From: Fimbriosthenelais zetlandica
Lineage: Eukaryota
Length of the DNA stretch: 64,000 nt
NCBI GenBank assembly: GCA_977030845.1
Contig: OZ365113.1
Span: 33,666,001 to 33,730,000 of the forward strand
Direction of reading: 5' to 3'
The notes below the pieces were generated by a model. The model was not told where the DNA came from. It made no database searches and saw only the letters and a program-made list of their open reading frames with translations. The position numbers were made by a program, and so were the translations under genes. Each line of letters opens with the position of its first letter. The first letter of the stretch is position 1. Of this stretch, positions 38,060-50,981 are shown in pieces.

Positions 38060-41000
38060 TTAGAGGGAGAGCATGTGGATACTGTGATAAGATAGGGTGA
38101 AATGAATGATAGGGTACTGATGGATATCCTAATCAATTTAAGTGAAATAAGTCCAGTAAATATCAACTCTTGGAGATGGGGATTTTATGGCAATTGTGAG
38201 TAGTATATCTAAAGTGATCCTTCCCTCAGGAACATCCTATATATGTATGAGGTTAGGTACTAGCTGCTGGTCTGGTGTAAGATCACCATTCAATCCTTTA
38301 TGACTACAGCATCTTGTGCACCATATACCAGTAGGCTCAACAGACAGACAGATGTAAAGAAAGTGTGAAGAGTCTATGGACTAGACCGCGGTAACCAGTG
38401 CAGGTCAGATTTATTGAATTGTCCCATCCTGTAGTCAATAGTGGGTCAATAGAAGGGGAGATGAGGGCAGAGGCCAGGGTGGTTTAGGCTCTGACTAATT
38501 GCTCTAAATTTAAAGCTTAACTTAAGGGCTTTTGCCCAAAAGATCGACATGTTACTAAAATCTGAACATGGTTCTAAATGGACCAAATTTATTTTATATT
38601 GTTCCAAAACGCTGAGCAAGGCAAACAGGGAGGTTATTTGATTTAAATTGCTGCAGGATAATCATGAATATGTCCAATAAGAAATGTCCATTCTGGAGTG
38701 AAATCCCAACCAATTTTCAATCCATCAGCTCATTAAAAAGGCTCTCCACTGAATGTTTTGCACCTTTCCAATAGTGACCCACTTGGAAGGGAAAAAAAGG
38801 TGGACAATCAAGGCATCAGCTTTATTCAGCGCTCCTTTCAGAGCTGAAAGCCTGGAATTTGACACGATTTAATGCCTGAATATTCCCTCCTGAAATGCGG
38901 GCCTCTCCTACGATTCAATTAATCTGGCCACCGTGTTTTACTGGGGCCCAGAGCAGTGTCCGCATGCGGCAATTGAAAAGTCATGATTAGGGAAAATTGC
39001 TTTAAACAATGGCGAATCATTGTATGGGTCAGGTCTGTTATTCAATTAAGGCAGGAGAGCCCATTGCAAGAAGCATCCCAAATTGGTCCGTGAAAGTTCA
39101 GAATCCATATTAAAGTCCGTCTTTTTAAGGATTAAAATGAAAATTCCAAACAGGAGATGCACAGGTAATTACAGAAGATTGGCTCATAAAACAATGGCGG
39201 GACAAAACCCATCCCTGTTCTATTGTTATTTTATGCCTAACTAAAACCCAAACAGTATGTCCAGCAATGGCAATGTGGCCAGCATGGATGGCACGAGGGA
39301 TTTTTCCATTAATTTCTGTCAGTCATTTAGGAAAATGGATGGCCATTACAATCTGTGCAGATTAATTAAAATTCGCACCAAATTAATTACTTGTAGGGCC
39401 TTGAGGCGTAGAGACAGCCAACAGACCTGTTTGCCTATCTATTCTCACAAAACTTTGAAGAGCACTTCAGCAGGGATATAGCATTTATATATAAAGCAGT
39501 GGTACATATCACATTAGTATTGTCGATAGTTCATGCAATGTGTCTATTGCTTTGACTATGAACTGAAAACTTGATGAATGAGAATTGCCTACAGAGTGGT
39601 TGAGCAATGGATGGAATATGAATTGGAGAGGCAAGGTATTGTCTGCAGGACAGTTGACACTCAGTACTGCAGTACAGTCTGATTCCAAGATAATAGTATC
39701 AACCAGGAACAATCCATAGTGACGGGAAGAATGCACTGAATAGCCCCCATACACTCTATTCACCCTTTCAGGCTGGATCCATGACGTATATTATACTATA
39801 GCTAGACGAAAGCATGATCCATTCCTAAATGAATGAAAATGGAGGGGAAAGCTAATCACTAATCCACGAAATAAATGATGGATACTTCTAAACACGAATG
39901 GGAATATAATGTTCCTTACACTAATCGATAGCCTAATGCTATAGAGCTATGGTAATGTTACACAGCATTTACACACAAAAAAACATTCCATTAATATTAA
40001 ATAGTGCCATCAGTTGGCAAACATCTCACCGCATGCATCCCAAATGTCAAGTACTTAATGGAAACACAAGCAATAATCCTTAAGTGTTCAACTTTAAGTA
40101 CGAAGCTCTGAATGAATGTTTTTAGCGTTCAGTGTACTGGGTATATGTACATCTCAGTGAGTAAGAGTAAGGTGAGTGACAGGGATGGTGGTGGGAGGGG
40201 GTAGTAGCAGCAGGGAGGGTGTTTAGCACGAGAACAGGAGGATCTCCCAGAGGTAAAAACTCTAATGAAGGCCGACAGTGATTGTTCAATCTCCACCATC
40301 TCACATGGTAAGTCACAAACACCCCCGCTTCTGACGCTCTCATGAATTAGGGGAGATATCAAAATCAAGTGCAGATCCAGGGGGTGGTTTACAAGGACAC
40401 CCTCCAACCCCCTTGTCGAATGGAATAACGGATAAAGTGCCAGTGATATTCCGTCCTGTTACAATGCAGAATGCAATACATACACATAAGCATGGTCAAT
40501 GGAAAGCAATCCATGATAACAGTATCATTTGACATCAACCCTAAAACCCACGTTTTTTTTAAAGTGTTCATTCCCCCATCAGCCCCACAAGAGCTATTTG
40601 CACTCCATGAACAGTGAAGGCTGTGCTGATGAAATGGGAATCAGGAAGGAAAAAATGCAATTCATAATTTATACATTGCATTGAGAGCCTCAGTGGAACT
40701 ATGACTGATCATGACAGGTAGGTGTCATAGCTGTCTTATCCCATTCTTACTTTAGATCATACATACATGCAATGGTAGCTAGCGACGTGAACATACACCC
40801 TACTTTAGTCTTAAGTAATCCAAACAGTAATGATACTCTAACATTCTCACGACAGCTCTCTGTCAGTTCTTAAGAAAGAAAAAAGAACTAGAAGGAATTC
40901 ATTTAAACCTCAGAGGGGAAATAGAGCCATATGATAAAAACACTTCCTCAATCAAGTGAGCTGAAGGCAATAGAAACCTAGAAATCCATACATACAATGA

Positions 41001-41429
41001 ATATATTAAAGCGTTATATCAAAGCATATATTAAGGCATTATTTCGACTTAGAAACATTATACCATTATAGTGACAGAAGCAACATGGGTACGAATTGAT
41101 AGTGGGGCACATTTTCTGCTTTCTGCACAAGTCCCCAACCTCCAACCTGCCCCTGCATCAAGATGTTATCATTTCCTCGCTTCTATTTGTCATCTGTAGA
41201 ATCTACCTTATCTGGGAACATGCCAGTGGCTGCTCTTATCTAGGCCGCGATGATGGCGATCTTTTACAGCCTTTTGTATTTCTCCTATCAGTGTCGGGCG
41301 GGCCTTTGGGAGTCCTAAGTCATATGAGAACACATACCCTATCAGATGCATATGATATTAGTCTTTTTATGATCATTTGTGGGGGCTCTGCAATAGTAAA
41401 AACCGTTGCATGTTATTCACTTCGAAGCA

Positions 41430-41775
41430 GGGTGATGGTTTTTCCCTTTCATTAAAATGTAGCATGGAAATCTAGTTCATGTTTCCAATGTAAAAGGAAG
41501 AGGGTGAAGGTGTTTCACGTTTATACAAATGTAGCACAAATATTCAAATCTTGAATTAAAAACATATTCATATCTTGGGTGATAGTTTTCTTTTCTTTTT
41601 CATCCAAACGCAACACAGGAATTTAGTTCATATTTCGAATGTGGGAGGGGTAGTATATTACTCTTCATTTTCATCAAAATGCAGCATCACAATAATTCAG
41701 TTCTTATTTTGAATGATGAAGTAGAGGGGTGAAGGGTTTTCCATTTGCGCAAAAATGCAGAACACAAATTCAGCT
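41430..41775. repeat. Old, diverged tandem array with about 74-bp period, 5 units
   Basis: Anchors GGGTGA(A/T)G near 41430, 41502, 41577, 41648 and 41727, and AAA(T/C)G(T/C)A near 41455, 41527, 41606, 41677 and 41753. Confidence 0.7.
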
Positions 41776-43194
41776 GATATCGTGAGTAGGCGAGACCCGG
41801 GGATGAACTTTTTCAATGACTGTAGCAACACCCTGAGCAGGTAATTTCAGCCCAGTCTGGTGGAATGAAAAGAGATGAAAGAATACCCATGGTTTGTTAA
41901 TTCCATGCTCAAGTGATGGCTAACCCACAAACCCACATTCACCGAGTACCCACACATGCACACACGGGCAGTAAGGGGTACTACACACACAGGCTGAGCA
42001 ACACGAGGTGAATCATGCCGCGTGTAGACAATGCTCCTCTACTCGTGTTGCCTCCACGGATCCCTGCCTGGCTGATAATAAAAGGTCTGTGGTTCATCAG
42101 GGAGAATCCGATAAAGGATGGAGCTTTAACAATATCACCCACTAACATGTAGTGCTTGTAATAATTGTCTTAGATAAGTTAGAAGCTTTAAAGAATTTAT
42201 AAGGATTTAATTGAAGTCGTAAGGCTTCGGAATCAGAACAAATTGATCAGAATTTATATTCAAAATAATAAAAATATTAATATTCAAAATAGGCTAATTT
42301 TCCAGCTTTAATTTGAAAGGGAACATTTTTTATTTATTAGGACACTAAGTGATTGCAGTTCTAGGTGCCCCATCATAACTAAAGATGAAATATTACATCT
42401 TCTAAATATCCCCGGCTAGAATCTAATCTACTCTGTCTTTAGGTCATTCGTGACGGGCCTTGAGGTCAATTCGTGCACGCCTATTCCAATAAAGACAAAA
42501 AGAACTCGGGCAAAGAAAGTCATTTCTGGGCTGCCATGCTGGCTGTACTGTGTGCATGCAGCTGAACCCAATGCTTGCCAGTCATCAGAGAGGCCCAAAT
42601 TAATTTTCCATCAAGCCTGGACCAATTATAGACTACCTGCTCCACTGACAAACACAATGTTTACACTGGAGACTGGGGGACAGACATAAAGAGATGAGGA
42701 GGCCTGGAGGGTGGACTGCTTCCTGAGCATGAAGACCATGGGTAGAGACTGCACGGGGAGCTGGTAAATGACGGATGTTATCAATGTACAGCGGGTTTTG
42801 GGTGAGCAACATGTGGAAAAGCATTGACCAAGCTGGCATAAAGTGTATGTCAATATTAGGCCGACTCAGCCAACTGAACATCAAATCAATGCTATCAATG
42901 GTAAGATGTTGACAGGAAAAATTGCGTAATCAAAGAGAAGTGGTTGAACAAGTCTAATTGCCTTTGGTAAATTTAGCATAGATAACGATTAGCATTATTT
43001 GATTTACAGGTTTTATCTTTTATATATTATGGAGTAATATATAAATTGCTGAAGGTAGGACATAATGCTTTCATGATATTAGTAGGTATTTTTATCCCTT
43101 TCTCTTTAATTTATAGCACTGCATTTAAGTGTATTGATAGAGTAATTAATCCAAGGTGAAACCTGGTTAAAATGTCAATTATCTTTACAGTAAA

Positions 43195-43425
43195 TGCTAC
43201 CAGATGTCGCTAGCACCGCGATTTGACTTTAACTTCCGGTCTATGGACTCTGACCCTGGTCACGTGTGAGGCGCGAGATTAAAGACGAGAGTAGGAGCGT
43301 GTTGGCCACACGCATGCGCTACACCACATTTATATTTCATATTGATATTTAGGAGCTGGAGCGTGTGTCTATCGGTGTATTTGAGAGCTGACGTTGGTGA
43401 CGTTGTGGGGATGTAATGACGCATG
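43195..43425. promoter_or_regulatory. CpG-island-like promoter or enhancer candidate
   Basis: CTCF-like CTACCAGATGTCGCTAG 43197, ETS ACTTCCGGT 43232, E-box GTCACGTG 43259, NRF1-like CGCATGCGC 43311, TGACG half-CREs at 43389, 43398 and 43417. Confidence 0.45.
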
Positions 43426-46400
43426 TAAATGGACGCTGGTTGTGTCATGGGGGGACGACCTCCGGCTAAATGTGTACATACTTAATGAAGCTATAGCATT
43501 CACTCCATTTTTTACACTGAGGGCAGCCTAGGGACATGTAAAATATCATTATCTAACATTAACCCATAGGAGTGATTGAGTGAATATTTGTTCAACTACG
43601 TCCAGTTCGTAAAACCTATAAGAGTATATAATCATAATATTTGTTCATTATTTAGATTTCTGTCGAACTGGATTGCATTCGTTCCGAACAGTATTGGGTT
43701 TTAAATGACCTTTTTAAACAATTCGTTAATGCAATATTTACGTAATGAAATGAGTGTATATAAAATGTCAATACACACTATTACTCTAAAATTGGATTAG
43801 ATCAAACCGAATGAAAATTTACTTGGAAATAGATTCTTTTCTGTGAAGGTAATGCAGGTTTAGTCAATAAGTTCCCTGCACTCATCATCCAGGATTGTAG
43901 AGGTATGTTGGCTCCCGCCTCCAGCCAGTGAGTAGATGTAAAGTCAACACACAATAAATGTGAGAGGAGGAGATAGAGTGAGGGAATTAATGATGAAGTT
44001 GCTTCATTCCAAGTTAATCATGTTAGCTCGAGGCTGCAACCCGGGGCACTGTTAATGGGTTTAAGTCACATGAATTAATGAAATATTAAAACAAGCTAGT
44101 GGCTCTGGCAGAAGATCCTCGAGGGCAGGAAAAAACAGATGAATGATCCGACTAACCTACATCCATGGATGACCTCGATAAAGCATGCGCCTTCTCACTA
44201 TACTTAGCTCGGCTATATACATCTCTCTGCTTAAATGCAGAGAAGATATTTCTAGGCCTAAGTAGATACCTTTAGCCCTAACTTTAGGACCAAGTGGAAG
44301 GGCATGTCTTGCAGCAAAATAACATTGTAGTAACTTGAGAGAATCTAATTTAATTATCTCAGTATTAACAATATGAAAAAGAGAGGTCCCCATTTCATTA
44401 ATTATTAAAAATTGTACATTGACATGCTTAGTAGTATCTGCATGCATCTTTTCCTGTTCAAACAGGAATAAATTTCCCTTAAGAAATCAATATATTTTCC
44501 AGTGAAACATCAAACATTTAGATGTTTACTGTCTATAGATCTATAAGCCATCACCCATGGCGCCCCCTTTCACACCACAGGTGCATGGAGTAGTGAATGG
44601 CTAACACACCTTCACACCTCGAGGTGTGAGCGATGAGGGGCCATGATCTGGGCAACAAACACATGGCCAATACTCCACGCACCAAATATTCTAAAGATCA
44701 ATATTAGGTCCGGCCAGACACGTGTGAAACCAATGAAGCGTCGAGTGGAACTGATCATACAAATGTAGCCTAGATCCCTCATCATGTGCAAATGAAACAG
44801 AGCTCCAGGGTAGACTCACTTCAGTTAAGGCTCGTGCATACAAAGTACATTTTTCCCATTTGTTTTGTTGAGTTTTCAATGATCAAATAATCGTTGAAGT
44901 GTCTAAGATTAAATTTTAATAGCATTTTGGGATTTTTCATCGGGGACTTTCATAGGCTACTATTAGAAATAGTATTTTTCCTTGTTGTCTAAAACAAAAT
45001 TTGTCCTGGGAATGGGGAATTTTAGCCAAAATATTTGGCATGTTATTACATAAATTAAGCTGCTCTAATTCATTCTGGTTTGGAGACCCATCAGTTGTAC
45101 ATTTAACCATATGTAAATGCCTTCATCGTTTAAACTCCACAGAAACGATCAAAGAGCACGTATCTGAACTTAGAGGTGGAGGGTTTCAAAGTTAGAAAGA
45201 TGATCTGAGCGTATGGATTCCACATCCAATAGATACAAGGAGAGGGAAGTGAATTCTGCTTGAGTGGCTGGAGGGATCACCTCTCCTAACACAGAGGTCA
45301 ACAGGTGCAGAACACGCCGCGCCACCTGGCGTCAAGGCCTGGCAACAGATTGAAGGTCACCGGAAGCATGCGGCGTATCCGGTCCAGGGACGGGTTAAGG
45401 AAACAAGAATGGAATGGCAACGTAGATCCGGCGATGGGAAGGGCAATTAGGGCGATTTCTCTACAAATTGGTTTCTGATGCCAAAATTAGTCAGCAGAAT
45501 AGACAAAACTTTGAGAAACATAGGTAATGCAGATGTTTTTGTGTCGAGTGTTCTTTTAGCCACAAGGGTGGACTCCGCCCCCACTCCCCTTTGAGAATCA
45601 TCCCGTCCCCCGATTCCAAAATCGCTAAGTCTGCAGATTAGATTCAAAATTCTATGAGGACTGGAATGATGGGTTTGGAAATAGGGCTTCCCTGTGACTT
45701 TCCACGAGAGATGCAAGTCTTCATTCAGACCTCAGGCTCTCATATATCCTATACTTTTCTCATATTTATGAAATTCAACAAAAAAATTCCTGCCATCACA
45801 GAAAAAGCCCAAGTCATTGAGGCCGACTTTCGGGTAAGGTGAGACCTTATAGCTGCACGTCAAGGTAAAGTAAATCTATTGCCCTATTCAGGATGGAGCA
45901 GCCGAGAGCCAATTTGTTTTGCATCTCGATAAATCGCCAGCAGCGAGCAAAGACCAGAGCAAAAACATGACAGATTTAGGACTTGGGTCTTCATAAAATA
46001 TTCACGCCTTGGAGGACGGCTTTAGCGCAGGTAAAGTTGGGGAGAAGAGGCTGTGATTTGCTACCCAGATCATCACAATAGTATTTGTCCTGTTTGTCAC
46101 CAGGCACGAGCGATAAAACACTCCCATCAAAGTGGACGAACTAAGGCAGTAGTCTTTTATCTCCCCGAGTACCTTCATGTTCAGCTTATAGGTGAGATGC
46201 TAAGTCGATCCCATAGCGATATTAAACTGCAAGATCCAATATGATCCCTAAATTATTTTGTCACAATTATTCGAGTTTCATGTATATTTGTGTGTACAAA
46301 AAAGCAAGAAAAATAATAAAGTTTTGAGGCAAAATAATGACATCCAATAGGTAATAACCTCATTAAAAATTTAGCAGCCTGGTTATGCATGGGCTCTAAG

Positions 46401-48730
46401 ATTTACGAAAGAATATATCGAGTTTAATTTCCTATTTTGCTTTAACAAAAAAGGCTTTAATAAGTTTTTGTCTGGGTAGGACAAGGGTATAACTCCCAGT
46501 GTCGGGATCCATTCCTATCTCAAACCCAAAGATAACACTTTCAGCACAGAGATAAGCCTAGGAGGGGAGGATATTTAGGAGGTGAACATTGCATCTCTGG
46601 CAGGGTTGTTAACTTGCCCTATCTGCACCCTGTGGGACTGAATGGGAGAGGAGCGTGAGGATGGGTCGTTTGGCCAGCCAATAAGGGGATAAAAGGGAGG
46701 GGAAATATCACCTATATATCACTGAGGTATGTATAACCTCCTTATTTCTGAATCTATAACAACATTCTACAGGACGCAGGTGGGTTTCTTGCAGAGAATT
46801 GCATTTTTGCCATCTAGACTGCAGAATAGACATTTTTAATCTCGATCTGCTGTTGATATGGACTTAGAAACATACACATACCATTGGGACTTATCTTATA
46901 TTCATATACCAAGATCCACACCTGAGATATCCCCCGACGTAACACAATAAATATTACATTGGAATTAGACACTGAATTTCTGTTTGAATATTATTGAAAA
47001 AGTCAGTAGCAAGCGACAAGGGAACAAGGTGTTTGACTAAATATTCAGCAGGAGAGCACCTTTAGAACAGAAGGTAAAGGTGTTGTTCTATGCATTATTG
47101 AAACCAAGCTACACCACTCTCCCCTTCTACCTTTCCCACTAATGTCACCGGTCTATAAGAACCTCAGAGGGATGCTTTTATCCTCCTTTTTACCCATTAT
47201 TCATGCTAGGTCTGAAAATAAACAGGCGAGCCTACCACCGACCGTCCCCACTGTTTTTAGAGAAGGTAACAAATTGGACGTGAACATTGACAAATGAGTC
47301 GGAATTAGTCTGCAATCTGCACCGATGGGTTTTGTGATAAGAAACCACCGACTGCACCCGAGTGCTTGCGATTTGCTAGTGTTTTTCACAGAGAGTAAAA
47401 ATTCTTATTACGAAGCTGAGTTTTCATATAAGTTGCAGGTCCATAAAGCAGGGGTCCATTGATAATGAAGGTGGGTTTTGATAGAGCATGCTTGGATATG
47501 ATGCCAGGTTTTTACCTTGCTGTAGGCTACAAGGCATTCTACCCTAACGAGCCGTGTGAGGACCTCCAGTCCCCTCCAGTACCTCCTCCAGTCCATCCCC
47601 CAGAGTAAATGGGAGCATTTCAGAGAGGCAGAACATGATATATTCCTCTAACTCTTCGCAACCAAAGGTTTCCCTATCAGAACACTCAGTGCTTGGATAT
47701 TACATTTATAATCCACATCATCTTGTCATCAGTGGTACATATAAATGTACTTATTGATGCCCTCTTTTGTCTAAAAAAATCAATCTGATGAAGTTCAAAA
47801 CCAACCTTATCACATCCAGTACATTAGCAGTGGAGGAGTACAACAATATGCGTCCCACTTAGCGTTTCTCACAGAAACTGGGATCTACTTTGGTTTCTAT
47901 GCCTCTGTGTGAATGTTATGAGATACTGTCATACATGTATTTTATACCAGGCAATATAACGATCTGCTACCTTGCATCTCCCTCCCACCATCCATCATCA
48001 TTCCTTGTCTTCAAACACTTCCCACACTTTCATTCTTCACTTTATCACTAAAAAGTCCACCGTCTCTTCCACAGCTTCCCCTTTACAGAGTTGAGCAGAA
48101 TCTTCCAGCATCATCTTCAGACACTTTCTACAGTATCTCCTTCCACTGATGCAGGGCTTCCAACTTTTCAGGCATCAGACTCCATAAGTTTCCCTCCTTA
48201 TATGTGACCTTTTCATAAGTCGTGTCTTTAACACTAAGATAGACTGTACACCTCTCTCTGTGAATCCCATCACTAAAAGTGACTTTCCCTTCTCTCTTCT
48301 AAGTTCTTACAAAGAGACGAAGCTTCCACATATAAACTAACCTTTCATATTCAACTTTGTGACCAAACTTTGAGGCAGAACATATTTTAACCTATGGTTG
48401 TACAACGACCTCATAGTGTTTTCCAATAACAATACGTACAATAAATAATAAAGGTTGGAAATTTCGATTTCACTGGTGTGATTTTGGTGCGACGTAATTC
48501 ACACTTGCTGGAAATGTATCCGAAATAAAATCGCAGGAGTGAAGTATGGCCTTTAGATGGTTTCTCAGACTGGGAGCATTATATATAGGAGGCTGGCAGT
48601 AAATGCTGGGAGGCCTACCATTACACCTGACAGGTAACATGGGGTGATCATCCACCATCATATCACCATGGACACACACGCTGCTGTCTAATCGTGAAAT
48701 ATACATGTCAGCCATTGAGATAACCCCCAC

Positions 48731-48768
48731 CTCCACCCCGCCCCCATCCCTCCACCCCGCCCCCATCC
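48731..48768. repeat. CTCCACCCCGCCCCCATCC x2 within a C-rich tract
   Basis: Two identical 19-bp units. Confidence 0.85.
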
Positions 48769-48998
48769 CCCCCACCACCAGCAATACCTCAGATTAGCTT
48801 GTGTCAGGATCCTCCATTACCTGAATAACACAGATGAGGAATCTCCTATTATCAGACGCTGGAAACAAAACAGAACCAGGCAATGTTTTCTAAAAGAAAC
48901 ATCCAGTCTTTTATAAAGGATTAAAAAATTCCCTCTTCGAGACAAGTCGGTGGATTAAATTCCAATTAAAAAAGTAGGCCCGTATGTTTCGATGCCAG

Positions 48999-49014
48999 GG
49001 TTTCCATGGAAACC
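48999..49014. promoter_or_regulatory. Perfect palindromic RFX X-box
   Basis: GGTTTCCATGGAAACC is a 16-bp palindrome matching GTTNCCATGGNAAC. Confidence 0.5.
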
Positions 49015-49900
49015 ATTTCCTCCATCCAGACATACGTGTAGGTCATAAGAGATGAAGCGAATCCTATATATGATGAGAGGATCTGGTTGGCTTTTATTGG
49101 CGTCACTTTTCTAGGGGAATCCCATCGACTGAAGCCAAATGCCAGTTTCTGACTATAACGTTTCCATCAGTGATAAGAAATGTAGCAGCTTCAGATATGA
49201 AATACACCTTCACTAAGTGTACAGGAATCTAAGCCATTTGTGACAACTTTATTCCATATGTTACAACATGGATGTAAAAGGGAAATTGCAAAGGCTGATA
49301 CTGAAGGTGGATTCGAAGCCACCTGTCATTTTTTTAACATGCAAAATCACGGGGATAAAATCAACTGTGCTCTTGAGGGCATATCATGCTAACATTATGA
49401 CAGCCCATATTTGAAGACTAAAAGTACTTGAAATGAGTAAAATGATTTGAAAACATTGTTATTCTGAGATATACCTCATACCTTTCCTCCCAGCAGCACC
49501 AACCCCTCCATCCTCACTCAGCCAATAAATGACTAGACTATTGATTGACCCCCTCAAGGTTACCAGCTCCTCTTAACCCAAGCAATGCCTTTAACGCAGA
49601 GAGATCAAGGCCTTACTATCAATACAAGGCTAAATACTCTAATCGCATCATAACGCTGTCATCTATATGTGGACAAAAACAGGTTCAAAAGATGACAAAA
49701 AATCAATTATTTTTGTGGAAAAAAAAAGAAAGCAAATGTACAATGTATCAAAGGATGAGCGAATGTCATAACTTAAGTGATAATGTTTCAGCTGGTTGTT
49801 CGATGCAACGAGTAAAATCTATACTCGTTGGCATATGTCAAAAACAAGAACGATATCACTTTAGTGAATTGTACCGAGTTTCTAGTGTTTCTATGTCTCC

Positions 49901-49980
49901 AGAGCGAGTGAGAGAGCGGGAGGGAGAGACAGAGTGAGTGAGACAGATCGGGAGAGAGGAGAGGAGAGGCGAGAGAGTAG
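49901..49980. repeat. Degenerate (GA)n polypurine tract
   Basis: Purine-rich GA/GAG repeat read directly from the sequence. Confidence 0.8.
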
Positions 49981-50790
49981 CTCACCTATCCCCCTCTGTG
50001 AGCTACTCGAGCAGGAGTATCTGCTACACCTGTATAGTACACCTGGTATAATGAGCTTTTCACACCTGGCCTACCTCAGACCACAGGTACACACCGCCTC
50101 TCTTATAGCCTATAAACGCCGCATCCTCTCACCCACCTTAAAGGAAATGGCTCTCTAGACTATAGAACGCCCGGAGATCGAAATTAAAGGCGAAGATTAG
50201 AGTGGAACTCCCGAGGAGTAACATAGGGTAACGAATAAAAATAGGGAATACAATATAACTGGGAAAGATATGGGTATTACACTTAAGGTAGGGATGCACT
50301 GAACGGATCTTACAATCAAGTAAAATGATGATCAAGTTTAGATCAATTCTTAATTAGAAATCATGTGTAATGCGTAGGCGGTTTAAAAAGAGGATTTAGA
50401 TTTTGAGCAATGTCCCCATACTAAGTGTGTCCCAGGTATAAGATGGGAAATAGATGTAAAGGGAAACTAGTCTGTAACAATTATAGTCTATCTAGCCTAC
50501 TGATCAATACTTTCCTCGTCTCTCTCATTAGTGCTTGTACTGGTAGTAATGAGTAATCTACTCTATACATTGATCAATAACTATAACAACACAAGCTTCA
50601 CTCATACACGGCCCTAATCAAAATGTAATTAAGCCTCTCAGCCAAGCATGGTGATTAAAATCCACCTACTGGTAAAAACAGGGGGGATTAAAAAAAGAGA
50701 GGCAATGGATATTTATATGAGCATCAAATGAAAGCCTTACAGTGTTAGAGGCTACTTATGGTACATTAGGAACAAATATTGCTCTAATAA

Positions 50791-50981
50791 GGCCTGGACT
50801 ACACTGCTGCGATTTGGCTTGCGACACTACTACGACAATGATGATGCTTGTATCCCAATGACAACTGTACCATGATGCATACTTGCATACACTTCGACGA
50901 CTATTAAATATTTAATAAATTTTATTCCGATACAAGCATCACCTTCGCAGTAGTCAAATCGCAGTAGTGGATTCACAGCGC
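50791..50981. mobile_element. MITE family B (PIF/Harbinger-like)
   Basis: Left end taa|GGCCTGGACTACACTGCTGCGATT; degenerate right end AAATCGCAGTAGTGGATTC; internal arms as at 1141-1284. Confidence 0.7.

Noticed and set aside
45615-45644. NLICRLSDFG resembling a tyrosine-kinase DFG motif
   Set aside because: There is no HRD/catalytic loop upstream, no APE motif downstream and no suitable exon boundaries.
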